From contig CAWDSK010000001.1 of NCBI GenBank assembly GCA_963804995.1, positions 160,001 to 224,000 on the forward strand: DNA of 64,000 nucleotides, in the 5' to 3' direction. Positions within the stretch are counted from its first letter, which is position 1. Each line of letters opens with the position of its first letter. A program made the position numbers and the translations under genes. This DNA is from an uncultured Acidobacteriota bacterium. GTDB lineage: Bacteria; Acidobacteriota; Terriglobia; UBA7540. Of this stretch, positions 52,692 to 62,084 are shown piece after piece. Below the pieces are notes generated by a model. It ran no database searches, was not told where the DNA came from, and saw only the letters and a list, made by a program, of their open reading frames with translations.

Positions 52692-54041
52692 TTATCCCAC
52701 CCCCGGCCGCGCCGGCATTTGCAACCGGCTCAGTCCACGTCCCAGCAGGCTCTGACTCATGGACTTCATCATTTTGCGCATTTGGAAATATTGTTTCAAG
52801 ACCTGATTCACCTGTTGGACCGAGGTGCCGCTGCCCTTGGCGATGCGCTTGCGGCGCTTGCCGTTGATGATTTCGTGATTGCGGCGCTCCTGCGCGGTCA
52901 TGGAATTGATGATCGCTTCGATGTGAACCAGTTCCTTGTCGTCCACGTGGACCTTTCCCGCATCCTTGAAAATGCCCACCTTGGGGAGCATGCCGAGCAT
53001 CTGGTCCATGGGCCCCATCTTGCGCACCTGGTGAAGCTGATCGCGGAAGTCTGCGAGCGTGAAGGTATCGGTCTGGAGCTTGCGGTGGACTTCGAGCGCC
53101 TGCTGCTTATCGATCTTCTCTTCGGCTTTTTCAATGAGCGAAAGGATGTCGCCCATGCCGAGAATGCGAGAAACGATGCGCTCTGGATAAAAAACTTCGA
53201 GCTGATCGTATTTTTCGCCGAGACCCATGAACTTGATGGGCTGGCCGGTGACGTGTTGAATGGAAAGCGCCGCGCCCCCGCGCGCATCGCCATCGAGCTT
53301 GGTGAGGATCACGCCCGTGGTGCCCAGCCGCTCGTGGAATTCCTGCGCGCTGCGCACGGCGTCCTGGCCGATCATGCCGTCGGCCACCAGCAGGACTTCG
53401 CTCGGCCGCAACTTGGTGCGCAGCTCGCTGACCTCGTTCATCAAGGCTTCGTCGATGTGCAGGCGGCCGGCGGTGTCAACAATCAACACATCGTGACCGC
53501 GGTCGGCAGCGTCTTTGCGCGCCGCCATGGCCAATTGGATGGGTGAGTTCATTCCCTCACCGGCGAAAACCGGAACCCCCACCGCCTTGGCGATCACCGC
53601 CAACTGCTCACGCGCGGCAGGGCGGTAAACGTCCGTCGAAACCAGCATGGGGCGCCGCTTGCGTCCGGCGAGCCAGAGCGCCAGCTTGCCGGACGTGGTC
53701 GTCTTGCCGGACCCTTGCAAACCCACCATGAGGTAGACGGTAGGGAAATCTTTGGAGAAGCTCAGCAGCGACGCATCGCGGCCGAGAATCTGAATCAACT
53801 CGTCGCGCACAATGCGGATGACTTCCTGCACAGGAGAGAAGCTGGAGCGCACTTCTTCTCCCAGCGCTTTAACCCGCACGCGGTCGAGCAATTCCTTAAC
53901 GACTTTGAGATTGACGTTGGCTTCAAGGAGGGCCAGGCGCACCTCTCGCAGGGTCTGGTCCACCACCTCTTCGGTGAGGATTCCCTGGATGCGCAACGTC
54001 TTAAAAACGCGTTGTAGCCGATCTTGAAGTGCGTCAAACAT
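52692..54041 (-). CDS. ffh: Signal recognition particle protein
   Basis: GLQGSGKTTT, DTAGR, TKLDGDARGG, M domain. Confidence 0.98.
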   Translation of the reverse strand: MFDALQDRLQRVFKTLRIQGILTEEVVDQTLREVRLALLEANVNLKVVKELLDRVRVKALGEEVRSSFSPVQEVIRIVRDELIQILGRDASLLSFSKDFPTVYLMVGLQGSGKTTTSGKLALWLAGRKRRPMLVSTDVYRPAAREQLAVIAKAVGVPVFAGEGMNSPIQLAMAARKDAADRGHDVLIVDTAGRLHIDEALMNEVSELRTKLRPSEVLLVADGMIGQDAVRSAQEFHERLGTTGVILTKLDGDARGGAALSIQHVTGQPIKFMGLGEKYDQLEVFYPERIVSRILGMGDILSLIEKAEEKIDKQQALEVHRKLQTDTFTLADFRDQLHQVRKMGPMDQMLGMLPKVGIFKDAGKVHVDDKELVHIEAIINSMTAQERRNHEIINGKRRKRIAKGSGTSVQQVNQVLKQYFQMRKMMKSMSQSLLGRGLSRLQMPARPGVG

Positions 54042-54440
54042 CGTGAGTGTCACGCGCCGATAGAGACAAATCCACGGGATCGTCTCCGGTCGGGAGAAGT
54101 TCCATTAGGCAAAATAGACCATTCTATTTTACGCCCCAAGCGCAGTCATGCAAAGCGCCATATGAAAATATATCACTATAACGCTGTCCGGCAAATGCCC
54201 AACCGTAGGGTCGGAGAACCCCGAACTGGGCGTGGCGGTTCAGAGCAGCCTGTGCGCGGAATCGCCTTCTTCTTTTGAAATCAACAAGTTTGCTTGTGCC
54301 ACGAGCCGGAAAGCAACTCTATTTGCAGCAAAAGGACTCGAAGAAACTCATTGAGCTCAGGGCTTTTCTCATGCCCGAGGCTTTCCAATTTGGTCAGAGT
54401 ATAGCTGCGCGGGTCGAAACCGTGACTTACGCTGCGCGAG

Positions 54441-55805
54441 TTATTTTCCTGACATAACTTTCTCGATAGCTTCCACCGTGCGCGGCAGGCGGCGGGTTAG
54501 AATTTCATTGCCGTCCGCGGTGATAAGAATATCGTCTTCGATGCGGACGCCGAGTTTTTCTTCCGGAATATAAATCCCCGGCTCGACGGTAATGACCATG
54601 CCGGGTTCGAGCGCCTGGTTGTAATCCAGGGGATCGTGAACGTTGAGGCCGATCGGGTGGCTCAAGCCATGGATGAAGTACTGGCCGAGTGGCTGCCCGT
54701 GCAGATCCTTGCCATGAGTATTGATATACTCGTACGCAATCTCAAAGAGGCTCTGGCTCGCGTGGTGGCCCAGAAACAATCCGGGCTTGGCTGCGGCCAG
54801 GGCGGCGTTCTGGGCGCCCAAGACGATTTCGTAAATCTCGCGCTGGCGCGGCGTAAAGTGGCCGTTCACCGGCAGCGTACGGGTGATGTCACTGGTATAC
54901 CCGCTGTAAGAGCCCGCCACGTCCATCACCACCAGATCGCCATCCTGCATCTGGTGGGAATCCTCATCGTAGTGGAGCACCGTCGAGAAGAATCCTGAGC
55001 CCACAATGGGGGGATAGGACGGCCACTCGCAACCCCGGCGCTCGTACTCATATTTCATGAGGGCAGCAATTTGGTACTCCCACACGCCCGGCTTCACGGC
55101 TCGCATCGCGGCCAGGTGCGCGTCAACGGAGGCCTCCGCCGCCTTGCGAATCAGGGCGATTTCTCCCGTGGTCTTTACGGAGCGCAGGCGCAGGATTTCC
55201 AGGCGGAGGTCCGCAAGCGTGGCCAGCGGCGCCAGCTTGTGAAGCTTTCCCACCATCTCAGCTTCAAAGTAATCCTCACCGCTCTCCGGCTGCGGTGTCA
55301 CCTCCGTGTAGATCTTGAGGAAACCCTTAAGCGCATCCTGGAGGTCAGTCGGGAAGAGCGCCGTGCTGCGAACCATTGCGAATCCTGTGCGGGCGGGGGC
55401 GTCGGGGTCATCCGCACCCAACTTGGGACCCGTCCATCTTTCCTGGCCGGGATTGTGCGGCGGGATGTACAGGATCTCCTTCTCCAGTTCCACGGCGGCG
55501 CCGTTCGGGTGTGGCTTCGGGACGAGCAGCAGAATGGCTTCCGGCTCATTCCAACCCGTAAGGTAGTAGAACTCCTCGTTCTGCCGGAAAGAGGTGACGC
55601 TGGCCGCCACATCGGCGTCGCGATAAGCGAAGAGCACCACCACTCCATCGCCTCCCAAGTCGCGAACCAGGCGCGCGCGGCGCTCGTGGAAAACGGAGAA
55701 CGGCTCATGCTCCCATCCGTATGCCGCAGATGCGGTCCCCAGAATTGCAGTCAAAACCAGCCCCGCCGAGACAAGAATCTTCCCGCGTTCGCAACCACGG
55801 TGCAT
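54441..55805 (-). CDS. Xaa-Pro aminopeptidase (M24B) with signal peptide
   Basis: FYYLTGW, SDITRT, HGLSH, TVEPGIY, GVRIEDD. Confidence 0.92.
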   Translation of the reverse strand: MHRGCERGKILVSAGLVLTAILGTASAAYGWEHEPFSVFHERRARLVRDLGGDGVVVLFAYRDADVAASVTSFRQNEEFYYLTGWNEPEAILLLVPKPHPNGAAVELEKEILYIPPHNPGQERWTGPKLGADDPDAPARTGFAMVRSTALFPTDLQDALKGFLKIYTEVTPQPESGEDYFEAEMVGKLHKLAPLATLADLRLEILRLRSVKTTGEIALIRKAAEASVDAHLAAMRAVKPGVWEYQIAALMKYEYERRGCEWPSYPPIVGSGFFSTVLHYDEDSHQMQDGDLVVMDVAGSYSGYTSDITRTLPVNGHFTPRQREIYEIVLGAQNAALAAAKPGLFLGHHASQSLFEIAYEYINTHGKDLHGQPLGQYFIHGLSHPIGLNVHDPLDYNQALEPGMVITVEPGIYIPEEKLGVRIEDDILITADGNEILTRRLPRTVEAIEKVMSGK

Positions 55806-55895
55806 CGCAACCCCCTCGGAAAATAGTCCTACAGCATAACGCGTTGGTCAAATTTTGGGGAGTCTTTACGGTGAGTGGCAGTGACTCGTTTTGAC

Positions 55896-55950
55896 GTGGC
55901 ATGGCCATCCTGGCCATGAAGGGACACGGGCAGAGACGCCCGTGGCACTT
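55896..55950. repeat. REP-like palindrome
   Basis: gtggcatggccatcctggccatg ... cacgggcagagacgcccgtggcac. Confidence 0.65.
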
Positions 55951-56269
55951 CAAAATGCGTCACTACCCGGTGAAGGGTGTACAGCGGGAGGCAACGGGAC
56001 AGCTAGCTTTGCGGGGTCACACCTTTTCGGGCGGGAGAGTCGTGAATGCCTCACATATGTAGCCTATCTATCTTTACAGGGGACTGCCAGGCGCGCCGGG
56101 GTCCGCGATCAAGAAATTGTGTCGTGGGCCGCCGGCTGGCCCTCCAAGCATTCCAGTTGCCAGCCAGCGTCTTTAAATTCTCACTTGCCAGGGTGCGCTT
56201 TTTCTGGGCCTTTCGACCACTGTCCGCTGGACACATTGTCATCCTGTTTTACCATTTTTCATATCGTTG

Positions 56270-56366
56270 CTAACCATATTTGTTTTCAATAACTTCTCAG
56301 CTTTGGCAAACAGAAAATCTCGAGTTGACGCGCTTTGTTTTCAATATGTTCTCAGCTTTGGCAGTT
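56270..56366. repeat. Direct repeat TTTGTTTTCAATAnnTTCTCAGCTTTGGCA, two copies
   Basis: Two near-identical units of about 30 bp. Confidence 0.8.
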
Positions 56367-56575
56367 TTTGGCGTTCAGCGACACATTGTCGGCAGAGATT
56401 TGGAGAGGGTAAATGGTTCGTGTTCGGTCTCATATATACCACCGGCGATTCCCACTCTTCCTGCCTCAGACGGGAAATTCTCCTTGCGGAGCAATTCACG
56501 CCGTGTTGAGCCATTCGGGCCCTTAGCGCTGATTGATGATATGCCTATGTAACGCTTATTGTCAAGCCTAATATC

Positions 56576-58198
56576 CTACGTGGCGTGCTCCACGGTGCGG
56601 GGGCGGACGAGCCCGGGGAGAGCGGTGGCAAGGCGCCGCAAGGGGGTTTGGAAGAGCGACATCATCCCCATGTAGGAGTAGCCCATGAAGAAGAGCAGCA
56701 GGAAGGGCGTGGTCAGATAGTTTTCCACGGTGAAAGAGTAAATCGTGGTGAGCAGGAAGTAGGCCGCGAGCGAGAGTTCAACGATGGGAATCCAGCCGGC
56801 GCGGCGGCGAACGTACTTCTTCTGCTCCCATCCTTCTTCGCTGGCTTCCAGGCGGTACTTGGGCGTACGCACAAATTCCGTCTGTTTGCCGACGAGCGCT
56901 TCGATCACAGCCTTGGCGTTGGTGACGGCCAACCCGATGCCGGTGGCCATGATGAAGGGCATGAACTTGATGCGGCTGCGCCACTCGTGCGGGTAGAGCT
57001 CGCGTTGCGCCACCATGTAGAAACTCGAAATCGAGCAAGTGGAAGCAAGGAACAGCGGCAGGTCGAGGTAGAGCATTTGAAACCAGCCCTGATAGAACCG
57101 CACAATCATGGCCGGCAGCAGAATCACCGAAAAAACGACCATCAGCGGGTAGGCGATGTTCGCCGTCAAGTGGAAGGTGGCTTCGAGCTTAATCTTGAGC
57201 GGTTCGTCGCTGCGCCAGACCACGGGGAGAATTTTCTTGGCTACCTGAATGAGCCCCTTGGCCCAACGCGCCTGCTGAGTCTTGAAGGAATTCATTTCGA
57301 CGGGCAGCTCTGACGGGCACACAATGCTGGGGTCGTAAACGAACTTCCAGCCCTTAAGCTGCGCGCGGTAACTCAGATCTGTGTCTTCGGTCAGCGTATC
57401 GTGCTGCCAGCCGCCCGCGTCGTCGATGGCGGCGCAACGCCACATGCCCGCGGTGCCGTTGAAGTTAAAGAAGCGGCCTGAAAAGTTGCGCCCGCCGTGC
57501 TCGATCACGAAGTGGCCATCGAGCAGAATGGCCTCGACCTCCGACAAATTCGAATAACTCCTATTGATCCACGTCCACCGGCCTTGCACCACCGCCACCT
57601 TGGGATCGGTGAAGTAATGAACCATCTCCCGCAGAATCGTGGGCAGGGGAGCAAAATCCGCGTCGAAGATGGCGATGAATTCGCCCGTGGCGCTCTTCAT
57701 GCCCTCGGCCAGCGCGCCTGCTTTGTAACCCTCGCGATTGTCGCGGGGATGGTAAGTGATGGGATGGCCCGCGCGCGCATACTCGCTGACCAGGCGCGAG
57801 CTGACAATGCGGGTTTCATCGGTCGAGTCGTCGAGAAGCTGAATTTCCAGTAGCTCGCGGGGATAGTCGATGCGTGTGACAGCGTCGAGCAGGCGCTCTA
57901 CCACGTAACGTTCATTGTAAATGGGGAGCTGGATCGTTACGCGCGGCAACTGCTCAAATTGCTTTTCAGGTTTCGGCGCCTTCTTGCGGTTCTTCAGGTA
58001 AAGATAAACCAGACAATAGCGATGAATGCCGTAAATGGAAAGAATGATAAGAATAGTAAAGTAGGGAATCAGAATCGAGAGGTCAAAGCCGTTAGGCTGA
58101 TAGATGCCTCGAAACGGATCCTTATGAAAGACCTTGTAGAAATACTTTACCACCGGGTTCGCCGGGGCGACCAGGATGGCAAAGAGTAGTGAGTGCAT
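56576..58198 (-). CDS. Processive GT2 glycosyltransferase (cellulose synthase/CslA-like)
   Basis: DDSTD, KAGAL, FDADF, TEDTD, QQARW. Confidence 0.93.
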   Translation of the reverse strand: MHSLLFAILVAPANPVVKYFYKVFHKDPFRGIYQPNGFDLSILIPYFTILIILSIYGIHRYCLVYLYLKNRKKAPKPEKQFEQLPRVTIQLPIYNERYVVERLLDAVTRIDYPRELLEIQLLDDSTDETRIVSSRLVSEYARAGHPITYHPRDNREGYKAGALAEGMKSATGEFIAIFDADFAPLPTILREMVHYFTDPKVAVVQGRWTWINRSYSNLSEVEAILLDGHFVIEHGGRNFSGRFFNFNGTAGMWRCAAIDDAGGWQHDTLTEDTDLSYRAQLKGWKFVYDPSIVCPSELPVEMNSFKTQQARWAKGLIQVAKKILPVVWRSDEPLKIKLEATFHLTANIAYPLMVVFSVILLPAMIVRFYQGWFQMLYLDLPLFLASTCSISSFYMVAQRELYPHEWRSRIKFMPFIMATGIGLAVTNAKAVIEALVGKQTEFVRTPKYRLEASEEGWEQKKYVRRRAGWIPIVELSLAAYFLLTTIYSFTVENYLTTPFLLLFFMGYSYMGMMSLFQTPLRRLATALPGLVRPRTVEHAT

Positions 58199-58689
58199 AG
58201 AATCACTTCAGCGGACGAAAGAATCTAACCGGGCAACCAGAGGAGCTGGGTAAGCGAACTGCCGGGCGGAGGATCCTCTTAGAAGATAAGTGCAAAATCA
58301 TTCCGCGGCGTCATTGCTCCTGCCCACGCTCGGCCTTGCCGCGCTGGCCTGCGGCCTGGCAGCCGTCTTCAAATTGCTCGGCCGCTCGCAGAATCCACAA
58401 GCACAGATACAAGAGTTTATCACTTTGGCGCTCGCGGGGGGAATCCTTTATTTTATAAGAGAAGGGGGTGGATGGCGGTGGGAGGAAATAGGCTCATTTG
58501 AATGGAAGCGGCCACAAATCAAAGACATGCGGCGGGCGCGCGCGATTTGGGGATTAGTGGCTGGATGGCAGTGAAAGCCGGACGCGGAAGGAACAATCAA
58601 TAGCTTGCGGCGAAGCCGGACGCTGGAAGTCGGACCCAGGTCGGACGTAAGGGTGAATGCCGGACATGACAAATTGGCGCGGGGCAAAA

Positions 58690-59403
58690 TCATCGGCAGG
58701 CTGCCTGACTAAGATCGGCCAAGAGACCAGCTTCCGCCTGGTCGGGGCTTATGCCCTGCGGCTTGTAGTAACCGGGCATGTTGCGGATCGGCACGCGCGT
58801 GGACCGGCTGCCTCGCCACAGAGCATTTCCTTGCCGGTTGCGGAGAACACAGAGGTATCTAACGTCGCAATCAGCCAGGGAAACATTTTCCTGGCCTGGC
58901 GGTGGGAGCATCTCGGTTTGGATTTCCAGCCTACCGTCCGCCTGGTCAGGGTTTGTGACCACGTCGAAGCATGTTGAGCCAGTGATGACCTGGGGCTCGA
59001 TTCGATTCGGAACTCCATCGACACTGACGAAGAGGGCGGCCATCGGTTTCTTAACGCCCAGGAATCTCGCACCCACAGGTCCTTGCAGCGTGCGTTCCTG
59101 TCTGCGCTTTTGTTCCCCTTGCTGGCGCGCCTGCTCCTGGGCTCTCGCGTGCGCCGCCTGAATCTCCAATTCCTCACGACTCGGAGAATCCTGGCATCCT
59201 AGAAAACACATCATTATTGATAGCGCCAAACCCAGGGCGGCGACCACAACTGAAACCATACACCCGCCCATCATTCTTCCAATTTTCCTTTGGCGCCCGG
59301 AGCGCGTCAGGGGGATTCCGGTAGCTCGCGCGACTTTTCCCTTTAAGCCGGATAGTCCGCTGGCGCGCCTCCAGGACCACGAGAAGCCAAATTTCTTCCC
59401 CAT
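58690..59403 (-). CDS. Hypothetical protein with basic N-terminal GFSWSWRRASG domain and a TM helix
   Basis: GAGGTG RBS; MGKKFGFSWSWRRASGLSGLKGKVARATGIPLTRSGRQRKIG then a hydrophobic segment. Confidence 0.7.
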   Translation of the reverse strand: MGKKFGFSWSWRRASGLSGLKGKVARATGIPLTRSGRQRKIGRMMGGCMVSVVVAALGLALSIMMCFLGCQDSPSREELEIQAAHARAQEQARQQGEQKRRQERTLQGPVGARFLGVKKPMAALFVSVDGVPNRIEPQVITGSTCFDVVTNPDQADGRLEIQTEMLPPPGQENVSLADCDVRYLCVLRNRQGNALWRGSRSTRVPIRNMPGYYKPQGISPDQAEAGLLADLSQAACR

Positions 59404-59406
59404 AGA

Positions 59407-59604
59407 TCACCTCTTTTTGCAAGTTCCACAGGTGCCGTGATCCTTCGCGCAGTGCTTGCAATACTTACAATTCTTACAGGCGCTACACGGGTCCGCGCCG
59501 ACGCACCGACCGGAAGGATCAGCACTGTACATTTGTATAGTGCCACTTTCGGCGAGCGCCAGCGAGAGTAGGATTCCTACCAGAAGGGCCATTAGCCATC
59601 GCAT
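59407..59604 (-). CDS. Small secreted Cys-rich protein
   Basis: Signal peptide plus CVGADPCSACKNCKYCKHCAKDHGTCGTC (8 Cys); GAGGTG RBS. Confidence 0.75.
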   Translation of the reverse strand: MRWLMALLVGILLSLALAESGTIQMYSADPSGRCVGADPCSACKNCKYCKHCAKDHGTCGTCKKR

Positions 59605-59612
59605 ACTTCACC

Positions 59613-59852
59613 TCACTTTTTCAGGTATTTCATATCGTGCCAGTCGGCGCCGCGCCTGACCAGGCGTTCCGACTCAATCCGCAGGGCTTCCCCGGCTCCA
59701 AGATGGCCGGCCACAGCAGCCTGATAAATAAGATTGAGCCCAGTGACCGCATCATCGAAGTATTCCAGGAGAGCGGGATCATCGCGCCTTGCGCGTTGAC
59801 CGTCTTGGGTCGATTTTTTCACCAGGTACCACCCTATGTGGGGGACTCTCAT
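59613..59852 (-). CDS. Hypothetical protein or gene remnant
   Basis: 79 aa, ends 8 nt before the Cys-rich gene. Confidence 0.45.
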   Translation of the reverse strand: MRVPHIGWYLVKKSTQDGQRARRDDPALLEYFDDAVTGLNLIYQAAVAGHLGAGEALRIESERLVRRGADWHDMKYLKK

Positions 59853-60080
59853 CCAGTAAGTCAGATTGCTGCCGAGCGGCTTGATGGGACGGATATTGCT
59901 CCCCTAGCCGCGTGATGTCAAGACCGAATTCCAACATATTTGGCTGCCGTCTTTCTGGTCGAACGCTATCGCCTGGGTTCCAGGGGGCTGCTGATTATCC
60001 TGCGCGGGGCGTCGAAGCGCGAGAATAGGAAGCAAAGGTTGTTGCGCCTGATTAGTGGCGACGCGTTTCGATTTTCGTCC

Positions 60081-60170
60081 TTATACCTGCACAGTTACGG
60101 CCGTATCCGTGCGGATGAAGGGGCGGTAAAGCGTGTCGCGTTCGAAGGGTTCGTAGTCTGTCTGGCAAAT
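60081..60170 (-). repeat. Diverged duplicate of the mqnE 3' end
   Basis: Translates ICQTDYEPFERDTLYRPFIRTDTAVTVQV* versus mqnE IREAGCEPFERDTLYRPVIRTDTSVTVQV*. Confidence 0.9.
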
Positions 60171-60198
60171 GCGGCCTAGAGTGATATATACTATACAC

Positions 60199-60444
60199 AT
60201 GAAACGTACAAATCTTGTGTTGGACGGAAATCTCCTCGAGGAGGCCACGCGTGCCCTGGGGATGAAAACCTACTCTGCTACCGTCAATCGAGCTCTGGCG
60301 GAGGCAATCCGCGTCCGAAAGGTTCAGAGCCTCCCAAGTTTTTTTGGTAGCGGGCTATGGGAAGGCAACTTGGCAGAGATGCGGGAAGACAGTGGCCGCC
60401 CTCAACGGCTACGAGCGCCAAGCGGTAAGCGGGGGCGGCAGTGA
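60199..60444 (+). CDS. vapB: VapB-type antitoxin
   Basis: MKRTNLVLDGNLLEEA...TVNRAL, WEGNLAEMR; GTGA overlap with the toxin. Confidence 0.88.
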   Translation: MKRTNLVLDGNLLEEATRALGMKTYSATVNRALAEAIRVRKVQSLPSFFGSGLWEGNLAEMREDSGRPQRLRAPSGKRGRQ

Positions 60445-60830
60445 TCCTTGTCGACACTTCCGCCTGGATCGAACTGCTGAACTACCGGCGCCGCCCTCAT
60501 CTGACAGATGAGGAGCTCCTTAACTTCGCTACCTGCGGGCCGGTAGTACAGGAAGTCTTCTCAGGACTGCGTGACCATCCCTGGGCTGAAGCTTTCCGCG
60601 AGGCTTTTCTCGGGCTCCCGGTTCTCGGCGATCCGCTGCCACTCGAAACTTTCCTGGCCGCGGCGGAAATCTACCGCCAGGGCCGCCGCAAAGGTTACAC
60701 CATCCGCTCGTCCACAGATTGTTTGATCGCTGCCATTGCCATTGACCACAAGATTCCGGTTTGGCACAAAGACCGCGACTTTGAAACTATCGCGCGATTT
60801 TCAAGCCTTCAGACCCGGCGCTACCCGTAA
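60441..60830 (+). CDS. vapC: VapC PIN-domain toxin
   Basis: ILVDTSAWI, QEV, DCLIAA, HKDRDF. Confidence 0.92.
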   Translation: MILVDTSAWIELLNYRRRPHLTDEELLNFATCGPVVQEVFSGLRDHPWAEAFREAFLGLPVLGDPLPLETFLAAAEIYRQGRRKGYTIRSSTDCLIAAIAIDHKIPVWHKDRDFETIARFSSLQTRRYP

Positions 60831-60897
60831 GACCGCGGGGGGCACATCGACAACCCAGCCCGAACTTGAAAGACTTCCCCCATTTCAACTTTGGAGA

Positions 60898-62034
60898 TTA
60901 AACCTGCACGGTAACAGACGTATCGGTGCGGATGACAGGGCGGTAGAGCGTATCGCGCTCGAAGGGCTCGCAGCCCGCTTCGCGAATCAGGCGGATAAGC
61001 TCGGCGCGGGTCATGGCTTGCGGAGTCTTCGCGCCGGCGTCGTGATAGATCTTTTCTTCCACCACGGTGCCGTCCAGGTCGTCGGCCCCGAAGCGCAGCG
61101 CCACCTGCGCCACGCGCGGAGTCATCATGATCCAGTAGGCTTTGATATGCGGAAAATTGTCGAGCAGCAGGCGCGCCACGGCGACGTTTTTCAAATCCAT
61201 AAAGCCGCTCGTCTCCGTATGCTCCACCAGCTTGCCGAGCTCAGTGTTGGCGGGATGAAACGCCAAGGGGATGAAGGTCTGGAACCCATGCGTCTCATCC
61301 TGCAGCTTGCGCAATTGCAGCAGGTGGTCCGTGCGGTCTTCCGCCGACTCGATGTGCCCGTAAAGCATGGTGGCGTTTGAGTGCATGCCCAGCTCGTGCG
61401 CGAAGCGATGCACCTTCAACCACGTGTAGGCGCCAATCTTGTGGTCGCAGATGACGCGGCGGACCGCCGGCGCGAAAATCTCCGCCCCACCACCCGGCAG
61501 CGAGTCGAGGCCGGCGTCTTTCATTCGCACCAGGACTTCGCGCAGGGACAAGCGGGTAACGTGCGAGAAGTAACCGATCTCAACCGCGGTAAAGCCCTTC
61601 AAATGCACATTCGGAAAACGCTGCTTCAACCCGCGCAGCAAATCGAGGTAATAGTCGAACGACAAATCCGGATGCAGCCCACCCACGATATGGAATTCCG
61701 TGACCGCTTCCGACCAGTTCTCACCCGCGATGCGATAGGCCTCCTCGAGCGCCATGGTGTAGGCGCCCGGCGCATCAGGCTTGCGGCCAAAGGCGCACAG
61801 CTTACAACTGGCCACGCAAACGTTGGTGGGATTGATGTGCCGGTTGACGTTGAAGTAGGTGCGCATCCCGTGCAGCCTGGTTCGTACAAGGTGAGCCAGG
61901 TAGCCGACGGCCAATAGGTCGGGGGAGTTGTACAGCGCCACTCCCTCGTCAAAATTCAGCCGTTCGCCTGCCAGGACTTTCCGGGCGATGGGCTCCAGGG
62001 CGCGGTCTTCAATGTGCAGATTCTGTGGGAGCAT
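60898..62034 (-). CDS. mqnE: Aminodeoxyfutalosine synthase (radical SAM)
   Basis: NPTNVCVASCKLCAF, EFHIVGGLHP, LPGGGAEIF, HIKAYWIM, ERDTLY. Confidence 0.93.
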   Translation of the reverse strand: MLPQNLHIEDRALEPIARKVLAGERLNFDEGVALYNSPDLLAVGYLAHLVRTRLHGMRTYFNVNRHINPTNVCVASCKLCAFGRKPDAPGAYTMALEEAYRIAGENWSEAVTEFHIVGGLHPDLSFDYYLDLLRGLKQRFPNVHLKGFTAVEIGYFSHVTRLSLREVLVRMKDAGLDSLPGGGAEIFAPAVRRVICDHKIGAYTWLKVHRFAHELGMHSNATMLYGHIESAEDRTDHLLQLRKLQDETHGFQTFIPLAFHPANTELGKLVEHTETSGFMDLKNVAVARLLLDNFPHIKAYWIMMTPRVAQVALRFGADDLDGTVVEEKIYHDAGAKTPQAMTRAELIRLIREAGCEPFERDTLYRPVIRTDTSVTVQV

Positions 62035-62084
62035 ACCCAAACTCAGTATTCTACCCGGCGGCGAGCGCCATTTGCAAACCCCAC

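Larger units (their letters stand above)
58454..59936. mobile_element. 1.48-kb non-autonomous insertion flanked by TATTT direct repeats
   Basis: TATTT at 58449-58453 and 59937-59941; right end ...CCAACA; five CGGAC motifs near the left end; no transposase. Confidence 0.65.
58290..60012 (+). pseudogene. Interrupted and truncated membrane-protein gene
   Basis: 58290-58453 (...LALAGGILY) joins in frame to 59942 onward (LAAVFLVERYRLGSRGLLIIL) once the insert is removed. Confidence 0.65.

Noticed and set aside
54060..54440. SRP RNA next to ffh
   Set aside because: No helix-8 CAGG...GGAA...AGCA motif seen on either strand.
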